Of a stretch of DNA of 32,000 nucleotides, positions 20,425-28,065 are shown piece after piece (positions within the stretch are counted from its first letter, which is position 1; every line of letters begins with the position of its first letter). The position numbers were made by a program, and so were the translations under genes. The notes under the pieces were generated by a model that saw only the letters and a program-made list of their open reading frames with translations, did not search any database and was not told the DNA's origin. Source of the DNA: an uncultured Erysipelotrichaceae bacterium (GTDB lineage: Bacteria; Bacillota_I; Bacilli_A; Erysipelotrichales; Erysipelotrichaceae); the NCBI GenBank assembly GCA_942493105.1, contig OW818668.1, forward strand, positions 780,001-812,000, given 5' to 3'.

Positions 20425-20980
20425 AGAACTGAACTTTAACAGCCTTACGTTGAGACTCTTCTTCAACTTCAAACAAAGGCTTCTTGGTAAATTTAAACAT
20501 ATTGGCCAAGATGTTGGTTGGGAATACTTGAATCTGAGTGTTGTATTGACGTACGGCACCGTTATAGTATTTACGTGCATTGGCAACATCTTCTTCTAAA
20601 ACTTTAAGTTGTGCTTGAAGATCCATGAAGTTGGAATTAGCTTTAAGATCAGGATATGCTTCAGCTAAGGCAAACAATCTGCCTAAGGTACCTGCCAATA
20701 CATTTTCATTCGCTAATTTTTCTTCGACAGTTCCTGAAGATTGAGCGGCATTACGAGCCCTAATGACAGCGTCTAAGGTTTCTCTTTCATGTTTCGCATA
20801 ACCTTTTACGGTTTCAACTAGATTCGGTATCAAATCATAACGTTTAACCAAATACACATCCATCGTAGAGAAAGCTTCTTCTACTTTGTTTCTAATGGTA
20901 ATGAGGCTGTTATATACTCCCATTGCCCACAAGGCACCAACAACGACGACTACCAGTAAACCAATCCCAATATACTCCAT
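20423..20980 (-). CDS. lemA: LemA family protein
   Basis: An N-terminal TM (IGIGLLVVVVVGALWAMGV) is followed by YNSLITIRNKVEEAFSTMDVYLVKRYDLIPNLVETVKGYAKHERETL, the typical LemA core. GGAGG RBS precedes the start. Confidence 0.9.
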   Translation of the reverse strand: MEYIGIGLLVVVVVGALWAMGVYNSLITIRNKVEEAFSTMDVYLVKRYDLIPNLVETVKGYAKHERETLDAVIRARNAAQSSGTVEEKLANENVLAGTLGRLFALAEAYPDLKANSNFMDLQAQLKVLEEDVANARKYYNGAVRQYNTQIQVFPTNILANMFKFTKKPLFEVEEESQRKAVKVQF

Positions 20981-21047
20981 ATTGTACCTCCTAAGTGGTC
21001 AAACTATAACCTTATTATAAGGCTTTTTTAAAACGTTTACACATAAT

Positions 21048-22580
21048 TTACATTGTGACTAAAATGTTGCATATATGAATTGGATGAAGATCTGGATGAG
21101 CTTCAAAATAGGCAGCCATGATATCTGTCATATCGATGTTGATTTCAGATAATGTAGGACAACTGACGATCATATCGAAATTGCCACCACCATTTGCTCG
21201 ATAATTATTGATAACCAAACTAAAGACATCTTCTGATAAAACTGGTTTACCAAGGTAAGAGCATTGAGTGACACGTTGGCCAATCGGATTAGAAATTTTT
21301 AGGGTGTACTCGATTCCGTCTACCATATCATAATTGAAGTGCTGAGCTTTAGGTTCATCATATTCCGGGTTGACGATGATTGAACCATCCTGCACCATGA
21401 AGTATTCCGCACATTTCTCAAGATAGGCTTTTAGAACTGTTCCGGTAATTTCTTTGACGACTAAAGTATTTGGATAAACATAGGTGCTTACGATATCGCG
21501 ATAGGTGATGACGGGTTTGAAACCTGAGGGATCATTGAAAAGAGAAACACCTGAAAGTTGTGCTTTAGAGACATCCAATTGAATCGTATTGATCAAAGAC
21601 ACCAATGGATGTTTATGTAAACGAGCATCAAAAGGATCTTTTATCAGATAATCATATCCAGATAAACGACCTACGACTTGATCTAACCATATTTGTGTTT
21701 CGTCTTCCCAAGGCTTGATTAGATTTAACATGTCTTGATCTTCAGAAAAATCCTTCATTTTTATGAGCTGAGCATCAACTTGAAGTTGCTTATCTTCGCA
21801 TGTAATTTTGATTTGAGCAAATTCTTGGGCATTGGGAGCACACTGTGTCACTAAAGTATCGTTAATCTTTGTGATGAAGGAACGATGCTGATGCCCTGTA
21901 ATGAGTAAATCAATACCATCCAGTTGAGCTAGTTCATAACCGACGTTTTCTTTGGTTAAGGGTTCAGTAGGCTTTCCACTTAAAGGATTTCTTTCAAGAC
22001 CTCCATGATACATCACGATCATATAATCAACTTTAGATTTTAAGATGTTGATTTCCTTTTTGACAACTTCAATTGGATCGAGAAAAGTCATGCCTTCAAT
22101 GTGACTTGGTTTTTCCCAATGGGGAATATAATCAGTACAGACCCCGATCAATCCCACTCTAATTCCTTGTTTTGATACATAGATGTGCGAATGGCCAAAT
22201 GGTTCACCATTAAGCGTAATATTTTGAGTTAAGCATGGTGCTTTTAAATCAGTAAGAAATTGTTTTAAGATGGGTTTTCCATAGTTAAAATCATGATTTC
22301 CTAAGTTAAAGTAATCAACCCCAATCAAATTCAGTGCTTGAGCTAGTAAATGAGGTGCTCTGGATTGTTTTTGAAAGTAAGTCATTAAAGGCGAACCTTG
22401 TAGGATATCACCATTATCCAGACACAAAACATCCTGTGTTTGTTTAAATAAGCGGGTTGCGGTGAGATAACGACCTAGTCCTAGAGCTTTATCTGTTCCA
22501 TTAGCATAGGATCGAGTTTGAAGTGCTCCATGAACGTCTGTCGTAACACAAATCATGAGTGTTTTTTTCATTGTTTTCAT
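21048..22580 (-). CDS. bifunctional metallophosphatase / 5'-nucleotidase (UshA/CpdB-like), no signal peptide
   Basis: Calcineurin-like motifs are present: TTDVHG, DNGDILQG, GNHDFNYG, GHQH. A C-terminal 5'-nucleotidase domain follows (NNYRANGGGNF). The start is uncertain: ATG 22580 or 22571, and the listed 22631 is a TTG. No SD is obvious. Confidence 0.8.
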   Translation of the reverse strand: MKTMKKTLMICVTTDVHGALQTRSYANGTDKALGLGRYLTATRLFKQTQDVLCLDNGDILQGSPLMTYFQKQSRAPHLLAQALNLIGVDYFNLGNHDFNYGKPILKQFLTDLKAPCLTQNITLNGEPFGHSHIYVSKQGIRVGLIGVCTDYIPHWEKPSHIEGMTFLDPIEVVKKEINILKSKVDYMIVMYHGGLERNPLSGKPTEPLTKENVGYELAQLDGIDLLITGHQHRSFITKINDTLVTQCAPNAQEFAQIKITCEDKQLQVDAQLIKMKDFSEDQDMLNLIKPWEDETQIWLDQVVGRLSGYDYLIKDPFDARLHKHPLVSLINTIQLDVSKAQLSGVSLFNDPSGFKPVITYRDIVSTYVYPNTLVVKEITGTVLKAYLEKCAEYFMVQDGSIIVNPEYDEPKAQHFNYDMVDGIEYTLKISNPIGQRVTQCSYLGKPVLSEDVFSLVINNYRANGGGNFDMIVSCPTLSEINIDMTDIMAAYFEAHPDLHPIHICNILVTM

Positions 22581-22615
22581 TATATCAAATTGTGGATATC
22601 TTGATGTGTTTTCAT

Positions 22616-22644
22616 TTGTAAGTAGTGTCAATACAGTGTAAAAT
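22616..22644 (+). promoter_or_regulatory. candidate sigma-A promoter for the phn-type transporter
   Basis: TTGTAA (22616-22621), a 17-nt spacer, then TAAAAT (22639-22644). Confidence 0.45.
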
Positions 22645-22649
22645 TAACT

Positions 22650-22667
22650 TGTAAATGATAATTTACA
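22650..22667. promoter_or_regulatory. palindromic candidate operator or 5'-UTR hairpin upstream of phnD
   Basis: TGTAAAT-GATA-ATTTACA has perfect 7-bp arms. It ends directly at the AGGAGGG RBS of phnD. Confidence 0.4.
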
Positions 22668-22680
22668 GGAGGGAATCATT

Positions 22681-23712
22681 ATGAAATTTTTGAAGGGAAT
22701 AGCCGCTCTCTTGCTCGTGCTTGTAAGTCTTACAGCATGTGCACCATCCAAAACGATTGATAAGTTAGTCGTTATCTTTGTACCTAGTAAAGACGCTGCT
22801 ACGATTTTGACTGCTGTAGAACCGCTAAAACAATTGATCATCGACGAGATGAAAGATTTGGGTTACACAATCAAAGCCGTTGATATCACTGTCTCTGCTG
22901 ACTACAATGCTGCTGGGGAAGCTTTATCTGCTGGTACTGCTCACTTAGCCTTTATTCCTGCGAATACGTACATTGCTTATCATGAGGATGGTGCTGAACT
23001 ATTGTTGGCTGCTACTCGTGATGGATTAGACAAAGATTCCGAAAATGCCAAAGACTGGAACAATGGTCAACCGACATTGCCTACACCAGCCAATCAAGTT
23101 ACATATTACCGTTCCTTGGGTATCGTAGGACCATCTGCTAAAGGTCAAGAACTTTTGGCTAAAGTTAATGCTGGAACAGCTTTGACATGGGAAGATGTTA
23201 GTACTGCTATTTGGTGCCATTCATCAACCACTTCAGCATCAGGTTATGTCTATCCTTCAGTTTGGTTGAAACAGAAATTCAACAAGACCATCGTAGACTT
23301 GCCAAATCATTATCCGACAACTGGCGGTTACGGGGGCGCTGCTGCTGACTTAGCATCAGGTGTTTGTGATATCGCTCCGGGTTATGCTGATTTCCGTCGC
23401 GACTTTGAAGCTAAATGGGTATTGCCTACAACAGAAGCTGGATTTGGCCGTACAGCAAGTATTTGGGCTGAAACTGGCGTTATCTTCGTAACACCTGGTG
23501 TTATGAATGACACAATTTCCTATTCTAAAAACAACAAGCAATTGACTCCAAAAGTTATTGCTGCTTTGAGAACTGCATTCATCGAATTGGCAAAAACAGA
23601 TGCCGGTAAGACTGCAATCGCAATCTATAGCCATAAGGGTTATACTGCTGATGTTACCGATGCTGACTATGATGCTGCACGCGAAGCTGCTGCAATCGTT
23701 AAAGGAAGCTAA
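22681..23712 (+). CDS. phnD: phosphate/phosphite/phosphonate ABC transporter substrate-binding lipoprotein (PhnD family)
   Basis: It has a lipoprotein signal with lipobox LTAC. The PhnD-like core is VVIFVPSKD...DYNAAGEALSAGTAHLAFIPANTY. A phnC and two phnE homologues follow. Confidence 0.8.
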   Translation: MKFLKGIAALLLVLVSLTACAPSKTIDKLVVIFVPSKDAATILTAVEPLKQLIIDEMKDLGYTIKAVDITVSADYNAAGEALSAGTAHLAFIPANTYIAYHEDGAELLLAATRDGLDKDSENAKDWNNGQPTLPTPANQVTYYRSLGIVGPSAKGQELLAKVNAGTALTWEDVSTAIWCHSSTTSASGYVYPSVWLKQKFNKTIVDLPNHYPTTGGYGGAAADLASGVCDIAPGYADFRRDFEAKWVLPTTEAGFGRTASIWAETGVIFVTPGVMNDTISYSKNNKQLTPKVIAALRTAFIELAKTDAGKTAIAIYSHKGYTADVTDADYDAAREAAAIVKGS

Positions 23713-23727
23713 TCTTATTGATGTCAA

Positions 23728-23761
23728 AGAGAACGAGTTTTAACTCGTTCTCTTTTTTTTA
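23728..23761 (+). terminator. intra-operon terminator/attenuator between phnD and phnC
   Basis: Stem AGAGAACGAG (23728-23737), loop TTTTAA, stem CTCGTTCTCT (23744-23753), followed by T8. Confidence 0.75.
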
Positions 23762-23777
23762 AAGGAGAATAACCCCG

Positions 23778-24545
23778 ATGATTGAATTTAAAAATGTCGT
23801 AAAAACATATCCAGGTAATGTAAAAGCACTTCAAGGTGTTTCTTGTCAAATTGAACAAGGTGAATTCGTAGCCATCATTGGTTTATCTGGTGCTGGAAAA
23901 AGTACGTTTATTCGTTGTATCAATCAGATGCACACCATTACTTCTGGTGAGATCATTGTCAATGGTGCCAATGTGACTTTATTGAGAGGTGATGAATTAC
24001 GGCAATTTAGAAGAAAAATTGGGATGGTTTTTCAATCGTTTAATTTGGTAAAACGTACTACTGTTATCAAAAATGTATTGACGGCTCGTGTTGCAGATAT
24101 GCCTTTATGGAAAAGCATTCTTGGTTTATATACCAAGGAAGATAAAATATTGGCTTTGACGGCTCTGGATAATGTCGGTATTTTAGATAAAGCTTATTTA
24201 CGTGCGGATACCTTATCGGGAGGGCAAGCGCAACGTGTTGCCTTAGCCAGATGTTTAGCTCAAAAACCAGATATCATCTTAGCAGATGAACCTGTAGCCT
24301 CGCTAGATCCCTTGACCTCTCAACAAGTCATGGAAGACTTCGTTAAGATCAACAAAGAGTTCAACATCACCATTGTAGCGAATATGCATCATGTGGATAT
24401 CGCTCAGAAATATGCCAGAAGAATTATAGGAATCAAAGCAGGGAAGATTGTTTTTGATGGACCAAGTGAAACACTGACAGACAATGATTTGACCAATATT
24501 TATGGAAGAAGCCTTAAACATGATGATCTCATGGGAGTTGAATGA
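23778..24545 (+). CDS. phnC: phosphonate-type ABC transporter ATP-binding protein
   Basis: Walker A is GLSGAGKST, the ABC signature is LSGGQAQRV and Walker B is IILADEP. The PhnC-like N-terminus is IEFKNVVKTYPG. AAAGGAG RBS precedes the start. Confidence 0.9.
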   Translation: MIEFKNVVKTYPGNVKALQGVSCQIEQGEFVAIIGLSGAGKSTFIRCINQMHTITSGEIIVNGANVTLLRGDELRQFRRKIGMVFQSFNLVKRTTVIKNVLTARVADMPLWKSILGLYTKEDKILALTALDNVGILDKAYLRADTLSGGQAQRVALARCLAQKPDIILADEPVASLDPLTSQQVMEDFVKINKEFNITIVANMHHVDIAQKYARRIIGIKAGKIVFDGPSETLTDNDLTNIYGRSLKHDDLMGVE

Positions 24546-25369
24546 TGACAGCTTGGCTAAAAGAAATTTTATTCCCAAGTGTTATTGTGCTTGAGAACGG
24601 AAAATCAATCAAACCAAAAAGAAGCCCGATGGTCTATGTACTGCCCATTTTGCTTGTTTTGATTTTAATTTCCATGGAAATAACAGGGTTTGATTTTATC
24701 ATTCTGTTTACTCGTGGGTATCAGTTTTTTGTTATCGTGGGCAGGATGATCCCACCTGATTTTGGTTATATTCCTAATTTAATCAATCCCATGATTGAAA
24801 CGATCATGATGTCGATCATCGGGACTTTGGTCGGAGCTTTCTTTGCTTTACCTTTGGCTTTCTTATCTTCAGACAATATTATAAAAAATAAAGTCTTCTT
24901 GTGGGTCAATCGCTTTGTATTCTCAATATTTAGAACACTCCCGATTTTAATCATTGCCTTGTTTGGTAAATATGTATTTGGCCTTGGAAGTTTTGCGGGT
25001 ACCATTGCGATTGCTTTCTTCACTTGGCTGATCATGACCAAGATGCTGTATGAATTGATTGAAACCATTGATATGGGACCTTTTGAAGCCGTAGAATCCA
25101 GTGGTGCAGGCAGAATAAAAACATTCTGGGTTACTATTTTACCTCAGATCTTGGGTCAATTTATATCGTTTATCTTATATAACTTTGAAATGAATGTTAG
25201 ATCTGCAGCCATCTTAGGTTATGTTGGAGCTGGTGGGATTGGACTACTTCTTAACGAAAAACTTGGATGGAGACAATACGATAAAGTAGGCATGATCTTA
25301 CTGACTTTACTCATTACCGTCTATGCGATAGAAACACTGAGCCGTGCGATCAGAAAGAAGTTGAGCTGA
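24542..25369 (+). CDS. phnE: phosphonate-type ABC transporter permease
   Basis: Polytopic permease with the PhnE-type C-terminal segment MNVRSAAILGYVGAGGIG. The ATGA start overlaps the phnC stop. Confidence 0.85.
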   Translation: MMTAWLKEILFPSVIVLENGKSIKPKRSPMVYVLPILLVLILISMEITGFDFIILFTRGYQFFVIVGRMIPPDFGYIPNLINPMIETIMMSIIGTLVGAFFALPLAFLSSDNIIKNKVFLWVNRFVFSIFRTLPILIIALFGKYVFGLGSFAGTIAIAFFTWLIMTKMLYELIETIDMGPFEAVESSGAGRIKTFWVTILPQILGQFISFILYNFEMNVRSAAILGYVGAGGIGLLLNEKLGWRQYDKVGMILLTLLITVYAIETLSRAIRKKLS

Positions 25370-25370
25370 A

Positions 25371-26183
25371 ATGAAAGATACAATACTTCAAGCCTATAAG
25401 AAAAGACCTAAAACTTGGATCTTGAATTTAAGTGTTTTTCTTTTGATTGTCTTGATCTTCTATGCTTCAAGACCTTATATCCCATATAAAGGGATTCAGC
25501 AAAATAGTATATCTATTGCCCAAAGTATTATTTATGGGATCGTACAACCTGATTTTTCATACTTCCTTGATTTCAGTAAAGGAGCCTTGCCTTATCTGCT
25601 TCTGGAAACCATTGCGATTGCTTTCTTGGGGACCTTGATTGGTGCTGTATTTGCATTACCATTTGCGTTTATGTCTGCTCGTAATATCGTACCAAAGTGG
25701 GTAGCTCATATCGGAACTTTCATTATTGCGGTGATCCGTACGTTCCCACCTTTTGTGTATGGGTTGATGTTTATTCGTGTAACGGGTCCAGGACCTTATA
25801 CAGGGGTCTTGACTTTAGCAGTATCTGGAATTGGAATGACTGCCAAACTCTTTACCGAATCCATTGAAGACTTAGATATGGGCATCATAGAAGGTTTAGA
25901 TGCTTCAGGCTGTAACACAATTCAAAAGATTCGATATGGGATCATACCTCAGTTGATGTCTAACTTCTTATCAACAGCCATTTATCGCTTTGAGATCAAT
26001 GTTAAAAACGCCTCAATATTGGGTCTTGTAGGTGCAGGAGGGATTGGCTATCCGATCTTGGCAGCGATGGGTGCCTATCGTTGGAAAGACGCTGGAACGC
26101 TCTTGTTTGGTCTCATCGTCGTTATCTTGATCATTGATTATTTCTCAGGACGTTTACGTAAGAAACTAGCCACAGGCCTATAG
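25371..26183 (+). CDS. phnE: phosphonate-type ABC transporter permease (second copy)
   Basis: It is a paralogue of the preceding gene (INVKNASILGLVGAGGIG) and starts 1 nt after that gene's stop. Confidence 0.85.
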   Translation: MKDTILQAYKKRPKTWILNLSVFLLIVLIFYASRPYIPYKGIQQNSISIAQSIIYGIVQPDFSYFLDFSKGALPYLLLETIAIAFLGTLIGAVFALPFAFMSARNIVPKWVAHIGTFIIAVIRTFPPFVYGLMFIRVTGPGPYTGVLTLAVSGIGMTAKLFTESIEDLDMGIIEGLDASGCNTIQKIRYGIIPQLMSNFLSTAIYRFEINVKNASILGLVGAGGIGYPILAAMGAYRWKDAGTLLFGLIVVILIIDYFSGRLRKKLATGL

Positions 26184-26196
26184 CCTGTGGTTTTTA
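26170..26196 (+). terminator. intrinsic terminator after the phn transporter
   Basis: CCACAGGC (26170-26177) pairs with GCCTGTGG (26183-26190), followed by T5. The hairpin includes the stop codon. Confidence 0.75.
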
Positions 26197-26234
26197 TTTG
26201 GATTCTGTAAAGCCCATTTTTATGGACATCTTTA

Positions 26235-26263
26235 TTGACAAGCTTATATCTTAGGTTTATAGT
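26235..26263 (+). promoter_or_regulatory. sigma-A promoter of ssrA
   Basis: Consensus TTGACA (26235-26240), a 17-nt spacer, then TATAGT (26258-26263). The mature tmRNA 5' end lies 11 nt further downstream. Confidence 0.65.
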
Positions 26264-26274
26264 ATCTATGCCAT

Positions 26275-26619
26275 GGGGGTGTCATGGTTTCGACAGGTTG
26301 TCTGTTGGATTCAATCTGCAGTGGAGTGGCGACCTAATTGCCAAAAACATTTAAACGGAAACAATTTAAGTTTCGCTGCTTAGTCTCCTAATCGGAGCGC
26401 AGCTGTCTCTTTGAACCCTGCCCATTGGGTTTACTGACGGCACAAAAAAGATGGGATCGTTAAGCCAGTCGTTCTTACAAAGCTTAGCTAAACACCAGTA
26501 GAACACATCATTGGGAGCCTGTCTGACGCAAACCCAGTGATTAACACCTCAGACTAAACTGTAGAAGGTTGAATGTGGACGCAATTTGGACAGGGGTTCG
26601 ACTCCCCTCACTTCCACCA
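26275..26619 (+). ncRNA. ssrA: transfer-messenger RNA (tmRNA, SsrA), 345 nt
   Basis: The 5' end is GGGGGTGTCATGGTTTCGACAGG and the 3' end is GGACAGGGGTTCGACTCCCCTCACTTCCACCA, with encoded CCA. The 7-bp acceptor stem pairs 26275-26281 with 26609-26615 and includes the G3:U alanine-identity pair. An internal tag frame ends ...GGA AAC AAT TTA AGT TTC GCT GCT TAG (26357-26383), i.e. GNNLSFAA-stop. smpB lies in the same window. Confidence 0.92.
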
Positions 26620-26633
26620 AAAAGTCGATTAAG

Positions 26634-26660
26634 CCATCATGAGAATGATGGTTTTGTTTT
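26634..26660 (+). terminator. intrinsic terminator after ssrA
   Basis: CCATCAT (26634-26640), loop GAGA, ATGATGG (26645-26651), followed by TTTTGTTTTG. Confidence 0.7.
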
Positions 26661-26735
26661 GTTCCTACATATCATTATTCAGAAGATATTCTTAAAATCT
26701 GTTTAATCCATTTAGTTTGAACCTCATCATTACGC

Positions 26736-27965
26736 TTATAGACTTTCAATAATGACTTTAGCGCAATCCCTTGCTCCATTTTCTGTCGCTATATTTTTAC
26801 CTAATTTTTGTGCATTTTTAACAATATCATCTTTTAAAGCGAATTCAATCGCTGAAGCGAGTTTTTCAGAACTAAGTTTTTTACGGTATATAGGCTTTGA
26901 GCCTACACCCAAGTCATATGCCCGATGTGCCCAAGCAAATTGGTCATTAGAAAATGGAATAATGATACTCGGGATACCTGCCCTAAACCCAGCTGCGGTG
27001 GTTCCTGCACCACCATGATGACAAACGAGTGATACACGCTCAAACAGCCAACTGTGGGGAATACTATTGATTGCAATAAGAGTATCAGGCAGACCCTTTA
27101 TCTCTCCCATTCCACTAATGATTCCTCTTTTACCAGAAATCTTGAGTGCCTCTACGATGATCTTTATGGTTTCGTCTTTATGCTTACTGTCAAAAACACT
27201 CCCGAAACCAATATATTTTGGCTTTTCATCTTTTTCTAGAAAATCTGATAGCTCTTTGGATGGTGCATAGTCTATGTTTTCATTCACAAACCAATAGCCA
27301 GATTGATGGATGTTTTCGTTCCAGTCTTTAGGTCTAGGAAATACAAAGTTACTGCACGAGATGATGGCAGGATGATTCTTGTCGACTTCTTCAAATGGGC
27401 TACCAAAATTTTCTGGTAGTTTACCAAATTCTTTCTTGAAAAATGCGACAATGCCAGTCTTTCCAGCCATCCATAACATGCCTTGCAATAGCTTATAACT
27501 CAATGCTTTGGGCATTTTGGTTTTACCATATGCGATTAAGGAAGCAACCTCTTTTGTTTTATGCATGGGAAACGGAGCGGCTAATAGTGATGGGATTCCA
27601 AGCTTTTCTCCGGCAAAATAACCGATTGAGCAGCCAGGATGATAAACAATCAATTCGCTTCCTTTACATGCATCAAACATTTCACCAGTTAATCCAATAA
27701 CGTATTTCTTCATTTTATTAAAAGTCATTAGCATTTTTATGGGATTATCTGATGATTGAGCATCCTGAAGTAATTTTGGGTCGATATCAATGGATAGATA
27801 ATCTGCGGACAATAAATAGAAATCAATACCATAGCCTTTGATAAAGTCTTCAAAACTTTGCCCACCGACGATTTGTACTGATTTTCCTAGCTTTTGTAGT
27901 TCTTGGGCAAGCGCAATATAAGGCTGATAATCACCTCTTGAACCTGAACAAAGTATAGTGATCAT
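26736..27965 (-). CDS. GT1-family UDP-glycosyltransferase (GT28-N-like domain plus UDPGT-type C-terminus; MGT / sterol-glucosyltransferase-like)
   Basis: The N-terminus is ILCSGSRGDYQPYIALAQEL. The C-terminal donor-binding signature is HHGGAGTTAAGFRAGIPSIIIPFSNDQFAWA. The protein is 409 aa with no TM or signal peptide. AAGGAGG RBS precedes the start. Confidence 0.8.
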   Translation of the reverse strand: MITILCSGSRGDYQPYIALAQELQKLGKSVQIVGGQSFEDFIKGYGIDFYLLSADYLSIDIDPKLLQDAQSSDNPIKMLMTFNKMKKYVIGLTGEMFDACKGSELIVYHPGCSIGYFAGEKLGIPSLLAAPFPMHKTKEVASLIAYGKTKMPKALSYKLLQGMLWMAGKTGIVAFFKKEFGKLPENFGSPFEEVDKNHPAIISCSNFVFPRPKDWNENIHQSGYWFVNENIDYAPSKELSDFLEKDEKPKYIGFGSVFDSKHKDETIKIIVEALKISGKRGIISGMGEIKGLPDTLIAINSIPHSWLFERVSLVCHHGGAGTTAAGFRAGIPSIIIPFSNDQFAWAHRAYDLGVGSKPIYRKKLSSEKLASAIEFALKDDIVKNAQKLGKNIATENGARDCAKVIIESL

Positions 27966-27989
27966 AAATTACAGCCTCCTTGATTAATC

Positions 27990-28002
27990 CAACATCATGT
28001 TG
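27990..28002. promoter_or_regulatory. candidate TetR operator 1 (palindrome)
   Basis: CAACAT-C-ATGTTG is a perfect 6+1+6 palindrome. It lies just downstream of the predicted -10 of the glycosyltransferase promoter. Confidence 0.45.
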
Positions 28003-28011
28003 TATGGTTTT

Positions 28012-28040
28012 ATTGTAAAATTTAAAAACAAAATCATCAA
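28012..28040 (-). promoter_or_regulatory. sigma-A-type promoter of the glycosyltransferase gene
   Basis: On the minus strand: TTGATG (28040-28035), a 17-nt spacer, then TACAAT (28017-28012). Confidence 0.5.
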
Positions 28041-28065
28041 CCAACAATATCTTGTCTTTTGTTGG
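28041..28065. promoter_or_regulatory. candidate TetR operator 2 (inverted repeat)
   Basis: CCAACAA-N11-TTGTTGG has the same CAACA core as operator 1. It directly abuts the -35 of the glycosyltransferase promoter. Confidence 0.4.

Noticed and set aside
20395-20589. A 65-codon N-terminal extension of the DUF2207 ORF overlaps lemA.
   Set aside because: The extension overlaps the lemA coding sequence and has no features. ATG 20394 gives a textbook signal peptide.
21010-21029. The hairpin CCTTA-TTA-TAAGG followed by T6 on the plus strand, between the 5'-nucleotidase gene and lemA. I considered it as a terminator.
   Set aside because: Both flanking genes are on the minus strand, where the hairpin is not followed by a proper U-tract. 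The stem is only 5 bp and AT-rich. On the minus strand the same sequence contains TATAAT and may instead belong to a lemA promoter.
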